Notes: generated by a model from the sequence alone, not told the origin. 63,024 bases of DNA, filler included, from Asterionella formosa (GCA_002256025.1; 13 parts of 13 records of this genome joined end to end with filler, not necessarily neighbours in it); one strand, 5' to 3'. Positions 1-13,122 are shown, counted from the first letter of the whole stretch. Numbers and translations: made by a program.

Positions 1-302
1 CCTTGCAGCCGGCCCGATACCATATCGCTGTGATTAGGTATGAATGATGGAGAATATGTCATGTATACAGAAAAATGATACATATATCCATTTTGCTACC
101 TTCCAGAAACAGAATTGAATGCTGCCTGTCTACTCTGCAATAGTATTCTAATCAAGAAGGTGGGAAACCAGCATGACACATGCCTGTGAAAAGGTCCTGT
201 GCTAGCTACTTATAATCCACAAATGGAGGAATACCAGTTGGACAGAATCTGTGTGGAACTAACCAAAAGTGGATCAGGACAAAGTGATGAGGAAGTACAA
301 AC

Positions 303-914
303 TTACTGCTGTGAGCACATGGAATTGGCCTCCAAGATGCATTTACCTAATAAGTGGCTGACCTCAAAAGGTATGGAAGGGAGTAACAAGAAATATTTGA
401 ATACAGATTTATTCGAGTTATGGATATTGTAAACTAGTGAGACTGGGTATGCTGCTTTTGCATAGTGCAACAACTGTGATTGGCCCCTGTGTTTGAGGAA
501 CATTGCTTTGAACAGAATCAGCAATGCTTTGTTCCAGCCGTTGCACACATTGAACTTTTCCAACAAATTGTGGTGATTGGAAGTATGTACCAGGACACCA
601 CACACCTCTTTTCCAGACTTCCAGATCAGATCAATTGCAGCAAAATTGCATTTTTGGGGTACATACATTCCATCCTTATCCATGATTTGTGGCAACTGGT
701 TTTGAACAGAATTAGCAACACTTCGTTCAGGACTTAAATAAAGCAAATAAATCGTCTTGAACTTTGTAAGCCATCCCGCCTTTTTACACATTTCTGTAAA
801 CTTTTTCAGTACATTGAGATGTTTGGAAACATGTACCTGGACACCACACACACTATCGCCACACTTCCAGTTCAGATCAATTGCAGGAAAATTGGAGTTT
901 CGGGGAACATACAT
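303..914 (-). pseudogene. Crinkler/RHS-type restriction-endonuclease-fold (CR-REase-like) fragment, two tandem degenerate copies
   Basis: The ORF contains the motif MYVPxxxNF(P/A)AIDLxWK-x4-VCGVxVHxSxH twice, resembling the P..NFP.ID...Q.T....H REase domain of CRN-like proteins. The second copy degenerates and the contig is only 1065 bp. Confidence 0.5.
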
Positions 915-1065
915 TCCATTTAAATCATAATTTCTGGAAACATATTGGAGGAATGGGTATCTATCAAGGGAAAGGAACTCTTTGGGGGAAATGTTTCAAT
1001 GAGATTGCATTTCTTCAATGCCGAAAATCCTTTCAAAAAAGTAACATTTGCATTGATTGAGCAGT

Positions 1066-1165
1066 NNNNNNNNNNNNNNNNNNNNNNNNNNNNNNNNNNN
1101 NNNNNNNNNTTAATTAATTAANNNNNNNNNNNNNNNNNNNNNNNNNNNNNNNNNNNNNNNNNNNN
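1066..1165. other. Artificial contig linker (N44-TTAATTAATTAA-N44), repeated 12 times in the window
   Basis: The same 100-nt spacer with stops in all six frames starts at 1066, 18235, 19400, 20565, 37726, 54880, 56044, 57208, 58372, 59536, 60700 and 61862. Confidence 0.97.
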
Positions 1166-1949
1166 CAGTGAGTACTCCTTTGAAAATGCTTTAAGGAAAC
1201 TACAGGAGACTGATATGATACATACAACGCCCACGTTTGGTTGGATATGGCATGCTCTGTTTAAGCCTTCTCCAGGTCTTGAAAGATACCTTCAGAAAAG
1301 CAGAAATGCCATGAATTTGACCAAAGGTGGGTACACCGCAATACATATACGATTGCATTATCCAACTCTGACGAAAGAAGCCAAGGAAAATGGTCTGAAA
1401 CTGAAATCCCTTGATGATCCAGAGAAGTTCAAGAAATATGGGTTTGACAAAGGTGATAGTGGCATTGTTTTCAAGGGAGACGGAAAGAAGTTCGCTGTCG
1501 ACATTGGGCTTCATGCAGTGCAATGTGCAAGAAAATTGACCAAAGGCAGTGCAGAACCCTTGTATTTAATGTCCGATGCAAATTATTTGGCAGCATACCT
1601 TGGTAAAAATAGTGGTGCTGGCAGCCAAAATAGGTTAGCCAGCAAAGATCCACTTGATCACCATACCAACAAAATGCTTTCTAAGGTCACCATAGTGACT
1701 CGACATGACATACATAGGAGAAATTATCACATTGATGGACACATGGGCAATGCTACAGATTTTTTTCCAGTTTTTGCTGACTTATACCTTGGAATGGAGG
1801 CACGATGTATTACCTTTGGGTATGGAGGTTTTGGACGATTTGCAAGGCAACTTACTAACAACACATGCTACTCACAACACCAGCTATATATTTATAAGGG
1901 AATTTGGTATAAAGGGCATTCTCTCAATGACAAAACCCATGTGTGTTAG
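1166..1949 (+). CDS. Putative GT-B fucosyltransferase-like glycosyltransferase, copy 1 (5' truncated by contig end)
   Basis: Near-identical to the C-terminal half of the ORFs at 8910 and 13123. Carries motifs YTAIHIRL, LYLMSD and FADLYLG..CITFGYGGFG. Confidence 0.7.
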
Positions 1950-3981
1950 CAGTGTACAACTCATTTATCCTTGTTCATGAGATAAATCATTTAAAGAATA
2001 TTGTATAGATACAAAAAGCGCTTGCTAAAGAATGTTAAAGATACTCATAGTACCAGTAGGTGGTTGGATGGAAATAGACCAGCATGTTCCTAAAAAGGAT
2101 CTATCTTTTGTATGACCTTATTTTAGTCACGTTAAGTTTTACAATAATGGGAAATTATTTTACAAACATTGCTTCCAATATCTTCAGACATATAGTCAAT
2201 GTCAAGAACCCAAAGCCTGCCTCTGTCCTCCAAACCATATTGCTCATAATAGAAATGTTGGTATTTTTAACGTCCGACTTAAATCCTATTACAATTATAA
2301 GTTTCACACAAATGATTGCGAAGATCCACTTGATACAGTGCATCCCAACACTGAATTGCCAACTACCGGTAGTCTACTAGACTAGTAGTTGTCAATTCAG
2401 TCTTTGTTTAGTAAAAAAAACCGACCTTGCATTTCAAAATTAATAAAGCAAGCAAGGACATAGTACTACTTCAGGTGCAGATCCGCCTGCAACAAGATAC
2501 ATATCATGATTTTTCGACAAACACTGGACTTAATCATTCAGGTGCAGACCCTGCAACAAGTTACATATGATATTCAACCAACGACAATAGCAGCCCCCCC
2601 CCCCCGGCAATGATATCAATCATGAAAAATCTCATAACTTTCTATCAACACTGCAGGACATCCAGACAGTACCTTCAACCCTGACACTAGTTGCGTCTGC
2701 AAATAGAAAACATCATGTTCATATGACCCATCTTACAATGATAATCATATGATCATAGCATTTCAATATATCATCTAATAAGTACGATAATTATCGTCGT
2801 AAATTAAATAGTGAATGGTTTCGACTATGTATATTCAATTATTATCATGTGTATTGTTTCTGTTACTATGTTCATGTATTTAAGTTTCCTCATAGGATGA
2901 TGTACCAGCAGCAGGTCGGCAATAAAAAGGAAAATGTACACAATCATTTCTTGAATTCAGGAAACACAATCCATTTGTTCTGTTTCAAGGTCATCAGCTC
3001 ACCAAATCCATGAAATTAAATCCTTGTTTTTCTGTGATTATTCAAGTGAGTTCCTCAAGGGAATCAAAGCTCCCTCACTTGGTGCCTGAGCTCGCCTTGT
3101 TTCTACCGCAGGGATACAACAATCATATGAATCTTTTACCTTATTGTCACTCTGTTTCCTGGTATCAGCTTCACTGCAATGGTCCCTGAAAATGCAATCG
3201 AAATTTCGTATGGGATCCGAAATATTTTCCTGAAGAAAAATCGGTCCTCTTGCTCTGAATTTCTTTGCTTGAGATGGCCAGCCCTTTTAATTGTAAGTGA
3301 AAATCGAAAATCCCAAAATTTTCTTTTTGAAACGTAGTTGCCAATTGGTTAAAATTTACCATTTATATATTACAAATGTATCTATACCTTCTGTGAGCAT
3401 CTTAGTAGGGCAATTGAGCCGAAGAATATCGTAGGAGTCGCTCGAAATTGCCCATGAGAAGTTTTAAGAATCAATGCAAACGAGACCCCCCAATTTATCG
3501 TACTCCCAAATTGGTTGAGCATCTAAGTGACTTGCATACAAATCCAGAGTCTAGGGGCCATTCTTATCATTCCGAATTTGCTGTATTATTTCCGGGTTAT
3601 CAAATTTTAAAAAATTATCATGCAATGGCTACTCGATTTGAATTGAAAAAATCCATTCTCATCAACAACAACAGCAACAACAAAAGTGTCACCAGAAAGT
3701 ATCACGAAAATTCAACGGTTACAGGCTGGCAACAACCATGTGCATATCCCTTCAGGCTTTCCTCCAGACTATTTTGATAATTTTCTAGTACTAAAACCAT
3801 GTAGGAAATCTACACGCATTTTGTAGTAGTATAGAACTTATAGTGGATAAATCTTCTAAATTCGTGATCAGCAATGAGTCGAAGCTCAGGTGCAAGGTTG
3901 TCTTCACACTTCTTCTCAAGACTTCCGCTTGCTTGTGATCCCCTCCTTCCAGGTTTACAACACCAAGCAATCATATAATCA

Positions 3982-5430
3982 TCAGTGCACAACGAAGAAC
4001 AGGTGAACTAATATGTCACCAAAGGTGTCGTGATCATCAACAATGACAACAACGATGATCAATATTGGACCAAAGGTGTTGTGAACATCAACGATGATAG
4101 TGATGATGATGGTGACGATGTAAATGTCGATGTTGTCAGTCATCAATTCTTTGTTAGTTACAACACCCATCAATTCTTTGATGATGATGAAAGTCATCAA
4201 TTCTTTATCCTTTATTATCTAGCTCTGGAGGCTGAAAAGACATTAACAAAATGGAAGACTAAATTGGAGCATGAGAGACTGTCATGGCATTTCCATGCCA
4301 AGAAGCTGTGTCACAAGGACGCTGTTGAAAGTTTTGAAAGAACTTATAGAACGTCTCCCTAGCCTTTTAAGAAGTTGGTTTACTTGCTAGTAGAGAGTGA
4401 GGTTATTGGGAATTTTTCCAAGTGCGGTACAGCTACTCCAATTTACCCAGAAATTGTGTTGGCCATGATTGGCATCCGATGGTTGGCTGGAGGCAGCTAG
4501 TACATTGACATTCTTCATGCCTATGGATGTAGCATATCTTCAATCTATAGATGCCGAGATTTATTTCTTGAAGCTTTGCGTAACTGTGATTGTCTCAAAT
4601 TTTTATTACCGGAAACAAAGAGTAATTTGTTGAAATTGGCAACGGCTTTTGAAGAAAAGAGAACAGAAGGGTTGATCAGAGGGTGTGTTGGTGCCATTGA
4701 TAGTTCTTTAGCCACAATTAGCCGCCCTATGCTATGTGACTGTGGAAACAATCCAGGTGCTTTTCATTCTGGACATAACATGACTTATGGTATCAATGTT
4801 CAGGCTATCTGTGATGTTGAGGGTAGATTTATATTTTTAGGGGTTATATGCTCTTTTGGGGTAGTGCGTGATTGCTCCTGGATGATGCAGTGATCAAGTT
4901 GCATTTGAGAGAACTGGCCCTACCAAACAAAACTGCATTAGTTGACGCTGGTTTCTATCTTGTTGGTGATGCAGCATATACATTTTCAGATGTCATGTTA
5001 GTTCCAGGCTATCTGTGATGTTGAGGGTAGATTTATATTTTTTGGGGTTATATGTTTTGGGGTGATTGCTCCTGGATGATGCAATGATCAAGTTGCATTT
5101 GAGAGAACTGACCTATCGAACAAAGCTGCATTAGTTGACGCTGGTTTCTATCTTGTTGGTGACGATGCAGCATATACATTCTCAGATGTCATGTTAGTTC
5201 AATTTGTTGGTTCTCAGCGTGATGGCCCAAGACATGATGTCTATAATTTCTTTCTGTCGCAGCAACGGATCAGGATAGAGATGACATTTGGTTAGTTACA
5301 AACAAAATGGGCTGTTCTAAGAAGAAACTTAACAACTGGCTTGGAAACAACCGCAAAATTTCTTGAGGTATGTGCACGGTTGTACAATTCCGTCATAGAC
5401 GAGAAGAGAGTTGATAATGTTGCATGAACT
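3982..5430 (+). pseudogene. PIF/Harbinger (DDE_Tnp_4-like) transposase, disrupted
   Basis: Fragments IRWLAGGS, GCVGAID, YGINVQAICD..GRF, FYLVGDAAY and YNFFLSQQRIRIEMTFG*LQTKWAVL are spread over several frames with stops. Confidence 0.85.
4801..5200 (+). repeat. Tandem duplication of about 200 bp inside the Harbinger transposase
   Basis: caggctatctgtgatgttgagggtag...gatgtcatgttagttc occurs at 4801-5004 and again at 5005-5200, with GTTC microhomology at the junction. Confidence 0.9.
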
Positions 5431-6454
5431 CGTAGAAGAGTTTCAATCTTTCTTTTTAAGTTCTTCCAGTTCTCCCGTGCAACTCTTAGTCGGACCTTAT
5501 ACTTATCGAAGACATCCCGCCGATCATTTTCTCTCTGTGGTGCACTCGCAGACTCTAAAAGTTTAAGTTTTGCAACATCTGACTTCTTGAATGATTTCAA
5601 TGCACTTGCATGTTTATCAGAAAAGGATGTAGGTTTTTGCGTCAAGATTGCATGCTTTCCCTTCTTTCTAACACTGAAATTACTTGAAGATTTTAAACAT
5701 GATGTAGTGGCAGTATCCTCAATGTCAATACTCTCACAGAAGGCATAATTTGCTAACAGTGGTACAGCAAAATTCAAGAGATACGGAACCTGATACAACC
5801 AAAGATGGTAGTAATTTGGAAATGATGTGATCCAACAAAGAAGTTGACAAAATCATCATGACTTCCTGATTTTTTGTTTTTTCGATAAGCAACAACTATA
5901 TAATCATGATTGATGTATCATCCCATTACAATCGAAAACTCTTTGGAAGTCAGGACATCATATATTTTTGTGTTGTCAGCATCTATACCACTTTGGCCCC
6001 AGTATTCATTGTTGGGAAATGCTAGAAGGATGGAGTCGTCATCCTCATCATCAATATATGTGACAACAAGTCTATCAAAAATGAAATTGTGACAAACTCT
6101 TCTTGCATCAAGTTCAGACATAGTTGGTGGCTGACCTACTAGACGCAAAACATCAGTGCGCTGCTTGTTTCACATGTAGGCATTAATGACACGGAAGTCT
6201 GTGTTGCTGCAGCTCGCTCACAGCATCTGGGGGGGATCTTTATTTATATTTTTAACCAACCTGCTCTTCAAAATGTGGATCGACATCTTCATCATTGTCA
6301 CGAAGGCCCATAGAATCCTGTGGCTGCATTGCTGTTGCCTCTTGAAATTTTTCGTTCCTTTCATCACCTTTGCAATCTTTGTCGGCTTTGAATTCCTCAT
6401 CACCAGCTTTGTCATTAACTTTGTTATCACTATCGAATTTAATGTTTGATTCAT
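5400..6454 (-). pseudogene. Probable decayed second (accessory) ORF of the Harbinger element, convergent with the transposase
   Basis: Successive minus-strand ORF pieces (6218-6454, 5918-6148, 5292-5798) abut the transposase 3' end. A two-ORF layout is typical of Harbinger. Confidence 0.4.
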
Positions 6455-6838
6455 TTACATTGAAAGATCTATACTATATTTTATATGTTTCCTATATTCT
6501 CATCAAAAATTGCCGAAGGTCCGCCTGATATTGCCCATTATTAAAAATATATTTTGTATATTTCGTATGTTCGCATTTTGGCAAGACAACTGACGCCAAT
6601 TCCCTTCAGTTTTTCAGCCCTGGGATTGCCGAAATCGGCAAGGGGTCTACTTAAGGAAACCATTTTATGTACCGGTATTCTATAGATTTGATCATTAATT
6701 ATCTCGTATTCACCTCGATTTTGCGTGTTGCCAGAAAACTGACTCTGGCAATTCACCTTTCACCATGATGCTGATCATCGTCCTCGAAAACGTCGCTAGG
6801 GTTGTAAAAAGAGCATGGAACAGGGAGTTTCCTACTAT

Positions 6839-7456
6839 GAATTCAAATCAACCAATCAGAATATGTGTAGTGACACGGCAACTTACCATGGAGTCTTTTC
6901 GGACTGAGAATTATGCAGCAGAACATACCTACGCAAGACTCTAAGTCTATAAGAACGTTTTTGCACGTGCAAATTCCGATTCCAATATTTTTGCGACTGT
7001 TGAAAAAGCCGATCGGGTAGACTTTTTGGAGGATGATTGCTCTACCACATCTACGGGGCTTCATAAAGAATAAAATAGATAGCCGTGTACCCTGCTCTAA
7101 CTTCAGCCAGCAGGAGTTAACTTCTGCAGAGAAGTGGCAGCTATCCCCCATAGATTCTTTAAAAGCTTCATATCCTGCCCTTTATTTGGGATAGTTACAA
7201 TTCCTAGGGGCGGGATAACTGCCACTTCTCTCCAGAAAAGAAGTCCTTACCATATCAGAATATAGATCATACCCGTAGTAAGTCGAGAAATGACTATACA
7301 TAAGAATATGTCAAGTAGTCGTATTGGTGAAAGCTAATTTGACCTATAACTATTTTATTTAGTTGTACATACTGTGTAGTAGATTGAAGTACATCATAAA
7401 AAAATATTTTGGAAAAAAGACCTCACAATGTGTAACTGCGGGGCTGCAACCTTAAT
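6839..7456 (+). repeat. Dispersed non-coding repeat family A (about 600 bp); second copy inverted at 29254-29829
   Basis: caaccaatcagaatatgtgtagtgac...catacctacgcaagactctaagtcta...aaaagccgatcggg...tgtaactgcggggctgcaacctta matches the reverse complement of 29254-29829. Confidence 0.85.
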
Positions 7457-7871
7457 TAATGGATATTCCAGTCATATAGCCTACATGTGTACGTGGTACT
7501 AAAAATAACCATGCATGATTTAAGCTAAACTTTAACGCTTACTTTGTATACGTTATAATATTATTGCTGTAGACTCGGTATCATTTTTACGAGCCCAGAA
7601 TGTTAAAATTATATCATTCACAGACATATTGATTGATTTTACCTGTGCCCGATTTCGTCCTCACTATTGTAATTCTCACTCTATCCTGACTGTTGTTGCT
7701 CAATTCGGGCTTTCGACTTTCTTATGAGGCCATAGTCAGCTGCGTGTTACGTTTGTTAGCGCGGATTGGTGAGTACAACAGTGAAACACTGAATGTGATC
7801 GTAGATACGATTGTCGAATTTCCAATTTGATTACTTCCATAGTCCATTTTGATCGCTTCTATCGTTGTTTT

Positions 7872-8115
7872 TCGTTCCGCACTGTCGTTTTGATTCGATT
7901 GTAACTATCCAGACAGGGGCCGATGTATTTATCAATGCCTACTCTTTGAAGATGTATTGTTGTTGATCTTATTTGTTGATCAGTATAGTCGTTGACCATG
8001 ATGTCAATATTGCTGCCAAGCAATGCTTTCTTTTACTAACACGCTTTGCTATATTTCTACTACAAGTTCGTATCAAAAGCTATGTATCAATATTCAGCTA
8101 GAAAGAGTCGATAGT
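7872..8115 (+). repeat. Dispersed repeat family B; second copy at 20665-20904
   Basis: Both copies share cgttccgcactgt...tatcaatgcctactcttt...atgatgtcaatattgctgccaagcaatgcttt...aatattcagctag..gagtcgatagt and stop at the same base. Confidence 0.85.
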
Positions 8116-8909
8116 GCTGGAGCAGCGTGATGGTCATACTCAATCAGAATGGATTGGACTGGAATGATCAGAGTTAGGATACTACAGCGATGTGCATGGT
8201 TGCAGCAACCAGATCATCTATGCTACATAATGATGCAAGTCTAAATTGGGCTCAGCTTTCTTTCTTCTTATTTCGGTCTTCGATTGTGTGGTGATGGAAA
8301 GTCAAGCAATGTTGCCTGGTGTGTAAGGACTACAATGTTTCACAATGCATATGTCTCCATTGAAACTCCTTTTTTTTACTTCATTTCTATCCCAAAACAA
8401 CTTTTTCTATTCTCATTTGATGCTACTTATTACATTGCATTTCATACTTTGGTTGCTCCAAGCATCATGTTCAATTTTCATTGATGTTGCATGTTACAAT
8501 CATTCTCGTGTGTTTGACGAATGTTGTACCATCTCTACGCATATTACCGTTATTCTGGCTGTCTTGCTAAAATCGGCAAGGTGCCCCATGTTGCCCTTAA
8601 ATAAAATTTACTTAAGAGATTACTTAGAGCCTAAAAATTACTTAGAAGTACCCGAATGGCAAGACGATAGCTGGAGCGGGAATTGCTGATATTTTGTCCG
8701 GGAGATTTGAACTGGCTGATGCTGTGGTTTCATCGCCTTTCTCAATGATGACCAAACTCATGACTTGCATGGACAATACATGCGGTGGGTGAGACGAGAC
8801 GAGAGGGCTAGACACGGTTGCCTCGTATCCTTTGCTTCCCCTTCATGTCTTATCATTGCAAAATCTCGGATACATCTCATCACCTCTTTTGGCAAAAATT
8901 TCGAAGATA

Positions 8910-10460
8910 ATGTCATTACACGCAATAGTCATGGACGGACCGAGAGTGAAGAAGGAGAGAGTGACGAGTGCTTCATTCAAGTGGCTTTTCAGAATCACGC
9001 TTCCTTTCACATTTCTTTGTGTATTGGGAACACGACCCTTTCATGAGCTACAGTATTATCTCACAGTACGGGGGGTCACCAAAGAAGGCTTGACCACTCA
9101 TTACGAAGTCAGTGGTTACCCTCAGAATCTGAAGGGCGTGATGGACACAAAGGACGACATTTTGGAGTATCCCTGGAATCGTACGTTAAACGGGTGGGAA
9201 CCCCCAAGCTGGATTACTAACTATATCGAATGGCACAGGCAACTGCGATCGACTCATCCTGCATTCAACGGTGACAATGAAGCACCAATTCCCCCTCTGT
9301 ATGTTGTACATTGTCGAGTCGACCGCGGATCATTTGCAGCGAAAAGAATATCAGACTGTGGAGGCCTCCATGATCGGCTGGGTTCACTTCCTTTCGACTT
9401 GTATATCGCGAACCAAACGAAACGACTTCTCCTCTATGTTTGGGAAACCCCCACGTCTCTTGAGACGTTTCTTGTGCCGAATCTTCTGAATTGGACCCTT
9501 GATAGCAGGAATCGCCCAGATCTCCGACTGCTACTAGAGACTGCGCCGAATCTGTTCACAAAGACTACAAAAGCATATGCAAAATCTGGGGGTGTGTGGA
9601 CCCAGATGCCTGAAGCTATTAGTCGTGGTATGAACCATAGTGTTCCTATGTATGTCTCTTTTGTAATTGGTCATCACAGTGAGTACTCCTTTGAAAATGC
9701 TTTAAGGAAACTACAGGAGACTGATATGATACATACAATGCCCACTTTTGGTTGGATATGGCATGCTCTGTTCAAGCCATCTCCAGGTCGTGAAAGATAT
9801 CTTGAAGCAAGCAGAAACGCCATGAATTTGACCAAAGGTGGGTACACCGCAATACATATACGATTGCATTATCCAACTCTGATGAAAGAAGCCAAGGAAA
9901 ATGGTCTGAAACTGAGATCCCTTGATGATCCAGAGAAGTTCAAGAAATATGGGTTTGACAAAGGTGATAGTGGCATTGTTTTCAAGGGAGATGGTAAGAA
10001 GTTCGCTGTTGACATTGGGCTTCATGCAGTTCAATGTGCAAGAAAATTGACCAAAGGCAGTGCTGAGCCCTTGTATTTAATGTCCGATGCAAATTATTTG
10101 GCAGCATACCTTGGTAAACATAGTGGTGCTGGCAGCCAAAAAAGGTTAGGCAGCAAAGATCCACTTGATAAACGGGTCAACAAAATGCTTTCCAAGATCA
10201 CCATAGTGACTCGACATGACATACATAAGAGAAATTATCACATTGATGGACACATGGGCAATGCTACAGATTTTTTCCCTGTTTTTGCCGACTTATACCT
10301 TGGAATGGAGGCACAATGTATTACCTTTGGGTATGGAGGTTTTGGACGATTTGCAAGGCAACTTACTAACAACACATGCTACTCACAACACCAGCTTTTT
10401 CTTAATAATAGCACTTGGTACAAAGGGCATTCTCTTCATGATATAACTCATGTTTGTTAG
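8910..10460 (+). CDS. Putative GT-B fucosyltransferase-like glycosyltransferase, copy 2 (type II membrane protein, 516 aa from first ATG)
   Basis: Intronless ORF with an N-terminal hydrophobic anchor (WLFRITLPFTFLCVLG). CGGLHDRL, YTAIHIRL, LYLMSD and FADLYLG..CITFG resemble motifs shared by alpha-1,2-, alpha-1,6- and O-fucosyltransferases. Confidence 0.7.
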   Translation: MSLHAIVMDGPRVKKERVTSASFKWLFRITLPFTFLCVLGTRPFHELQYYLTVRGVTKEGLTTHYEVSGYPQNLKGVMDTKDDILEYPWNRTLNGWEPPSWITNYIEWHRQLRSTHPAFNGDNEAPIPPLYVVHCRVDRGSFAAKRISDCGGLHDRLGSLPFDLYIANQTKRLLLYVWETPTSLETFLVPNLLNWTLDSRNRPDLRLLLETAPNLFTKTTKAYAKSGGVWTQMPEAISRGMNHSVPMYVSFVIGHHSEYSFENALRKLQETDMIHTMPTFGWIWHALFKPSPGRERYLEASRNAMNLTKGGYTAIHIRLHYPTLMKEAKENGLKLRSLDDPEKFKKYGFDKGDSGIVFKGDGKKFAVDIGLHAVQCARKLTKGSAEPLYLMSDANYLAAYLGKHSGAGSQKRLGSKDPLDKRVNKMLSKITIVTRHDIHKRNYHIDGHMGNATDFFPVFADLYLGMEAQCITFGYGGFGRFARQLTNNTCYSQHQLFLNNSTWYKGHSLHDITHVC

Positions 10461-11499
10461 TAGTGCAAAAGGGATTTATCCTTGTTCATGAGATAAATCA
10501 TTAAAAATACTTTGGATAAATTGCAATGATTGAAGTTCAGAGGTCCTATTGGTACCTATATAAAACATCAACAGCAGTATGAAATGAACAATATTTCATC
10601 GTCAACCAAAAACCTGCCTCTTTCCTCCAATCCATATTGTTTGTTATAGAAATATTGATATTTTTAACATGACTCCAACTTTCATCCCATTCCAATTATA
10701 AGTTTCACTCAAGTAATCGTGAAGATCCATTTGATATAGTGCATCTAAACACTGAATTGACAACTTCACAACTCAACTTTATATTTCAAAATTAATGCAA
10801 GCACAGACTCAGTAGTACAGGTGCAGACCCTGCAACAAGATACATATGATATTCGATAAACAACAGTACTAGCACAGATGATAACAATAATGAAAAAACT
10901 TACAACGTTTTATCAATACTGCAGGACATCCATACAGTTACTTCCAACTTAACACTATTTAGCAAGCAAGTTGTGGTCATTTTCCTGAAATGGACAAGCA
11001 ATGAGGTGTCAGGCGCTTCTGTCATCAAATGTACGAAACGTCATGAATTTATGTTAGGACAAGTCAGCGAAATATTAGTTAAATTCTTCCTAACCATAAC
11101 AACGAAATCACATCTTCCACCCCATCCCTCCTACCACACTGGTGAAGCAAGCCAGTTTCACAGTTAAAAATGGGAAACCCCATAAGTCAAGACACAACTA
11201 TAAAAAAGTCATGAATGATAATTCGGATGAAATTTTCATGGAGAACAAGTATCAACAGACCTCCAATACCTTTTCCAGCAACAATTCAAGAAGACAAAAA
11301 TGAGTCCTTATCTACAGAGGGCCTCACATGGCTCAATAGACCAAAAGGTCTCAAATACGTCCTGCAATGAAGGTACCAAATATACCTGACAAACGAGTCT
11401 GGTGCTGCTGTATCATGTTGTGTGGAATGGATGAAATTCAAGGGAAGAATGGATGAGTTTTATATAGTTTCTTGTAATCACTGTGTACCAGTCAGGATA

Positions 11500-12466
11500 G
11501 CCAGAAAACATATATTGGCTTGTTAATTATTGAACCAAGAACCAAAAGGAACCAGAAACTTCAGTTGATTGACTTGTATTGGGAGAGTGGAGGAGCAACA
11601 GTTGTTGGGAGAAGAAATGCAAGGATCCTTGAAAAATAGGGGGACCATGGATGTTTTGTATAAAAAGATCCTCACGTTTGATATTTCAAGACAGCAACGA
11701 TCAAATTTGGCAGTATTCGAAAATGATGTTACCAGTTTCTTCAATAGAATTATTGTCAACATAGCAATGGTGTGTGCGCAGCGACTTGGGTCCCAAAGGA
11801 GGCAATCCAGGCTCATTCTGACACTATGAGATATATGAAATACATGATCACGACAGTATATGTGGTGGTGCATTGCCGACAGTCTGGCTCTCCTCGATAT
11901 GCATAGTTCTCCTCTCAGTATATGCAGCAAACACAGCAACACAAAGAATACAGCTCACTGATCCAAGCAAAGAAATGATATCTTCAAGGAAAGCGGATGC
12001 ATTTGTGGATGACACGTCCTTGGGCTTCCAGGGAAAAATGTCAAAGACACCATGGACGTAATGTACATGATGAAAACACAGACAGAATGTGCGCAGCGGT
12101 GGGAGACTCTTCTGTTCTCATCAGGATTTCTTACATTTTAAACAAAGGCTTGGCAAATGGCATTCGGAACCATCCATGCAGTGGGCTCACATGTTACATC
12201 CTCTACCAACCAAGCAAAACTCTCTGGATTTTCTCACAGGAAATGAAGACGTGGCAAACCTATCAAGCAGCGCTCAACTAAGCAGCAGGGGCAGGGGAAG
12301 CAACAAATGGGCAGTTCAATGGACAGGTGTAGTGATGGAGGTGTGGCAAATTGCGATTCGCAGATGGAATATTCGGAGATCAATTTTGGAAATGGCATTG
12401 CATGCAAATCACCTAGCAAATGGCCTACAGGTCCATCAGATCGTCAAAGTTACTCAAAACATATGA
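11500..12466 (+). mobile_element. Decayed non-LTR retrotransposon reverse-transcriptase remnant (resembles diatom Ambal-type elements)
   Basis: Frameshifted fragments KILTFDISRQQRSNLAVFENDVTSFFNRIIVNIAMVCAQRLG, ADAFVDDT (RT YxDD box) and AQRWERLLFSSG. Confidence 0.7.
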
Positions 12467-13122
12467 TAGTATCTAATCATTAATTCCTATTGTTATTAAT
12501 CATTATACCTGTTATTGCTTAGTTCACCAATGCAACCAGAAGCACCACCATTGTCAATCAGCTGCTTGATTTAACATTGCTAGCAGTTTTCTCATGCTAT
12601 ATTGTGCTCGAAGGTGTCTTAATGGCCGATTTTTCCAAAATAAGAAAGGAGTAACATAAGTACCACGGTACCAGGACTTAGGCATTTGTTGAGAGGCTCC
12701 ACTAAAACTTCGGTGAAACTCGAAAAAGAAGTTTTACATATACATACGAAAAGCAAACAGGCTAAAACATCCCGGAAAATACAAACGTTTTACTATGGCG
12801 AAGTTTGCATGTGTATTCGAGAATAACGAAACATGATGCATTGTGACGTCACATAGTGATGGGATTCACTGCACAGAGATGCTGTGATTCAGTGCAGCGC
12901 GTTGTGATTCACAGCGCAGAGTTCTGATCTGAATCTTTGACTTTTTTGTATTTCTTTTTTGTTTCTCCCAACATTTGTTTTTAAAGTGGTGCTCACAATA
13001 AAAAAAATCAGACTCTATGTGCTAACAACGCATAATAGCTATTGTCTCAATTCGCATGAGCCTCTACCAGTTCAGGTAGATTCCCTCACTCATTACCGCT
13101 TTTGGCGAGAATTTCGAAGATC

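Noticed and set aside
3160..3170. TGGTATCAG, resembling an iMet primer-binding site
   Set aside because: No LTR upstream or gag downstream; likely chance.
3140..3172. Peptide EADTRKQSD resembling EADTRKRSD near 28330-28356
   Set aside because: The similarity does not visibly extend beyond nine residues.
3408..6536. Harbinger TIRs (GGGCAAT...ATTGCCC)
   Set aside because: Only 7 bp match, there is no matching TAA/TTA duplication, and the left motif also occurs at 29918 away from any Harbinger ORF.
12844..12920. TGACGTCA and three GATTCA motifs upstream of glycosyltransferase copy 3
   Set aside because: Short motifs not shared with the upstream region of copy 2; cannot be separated from chance.
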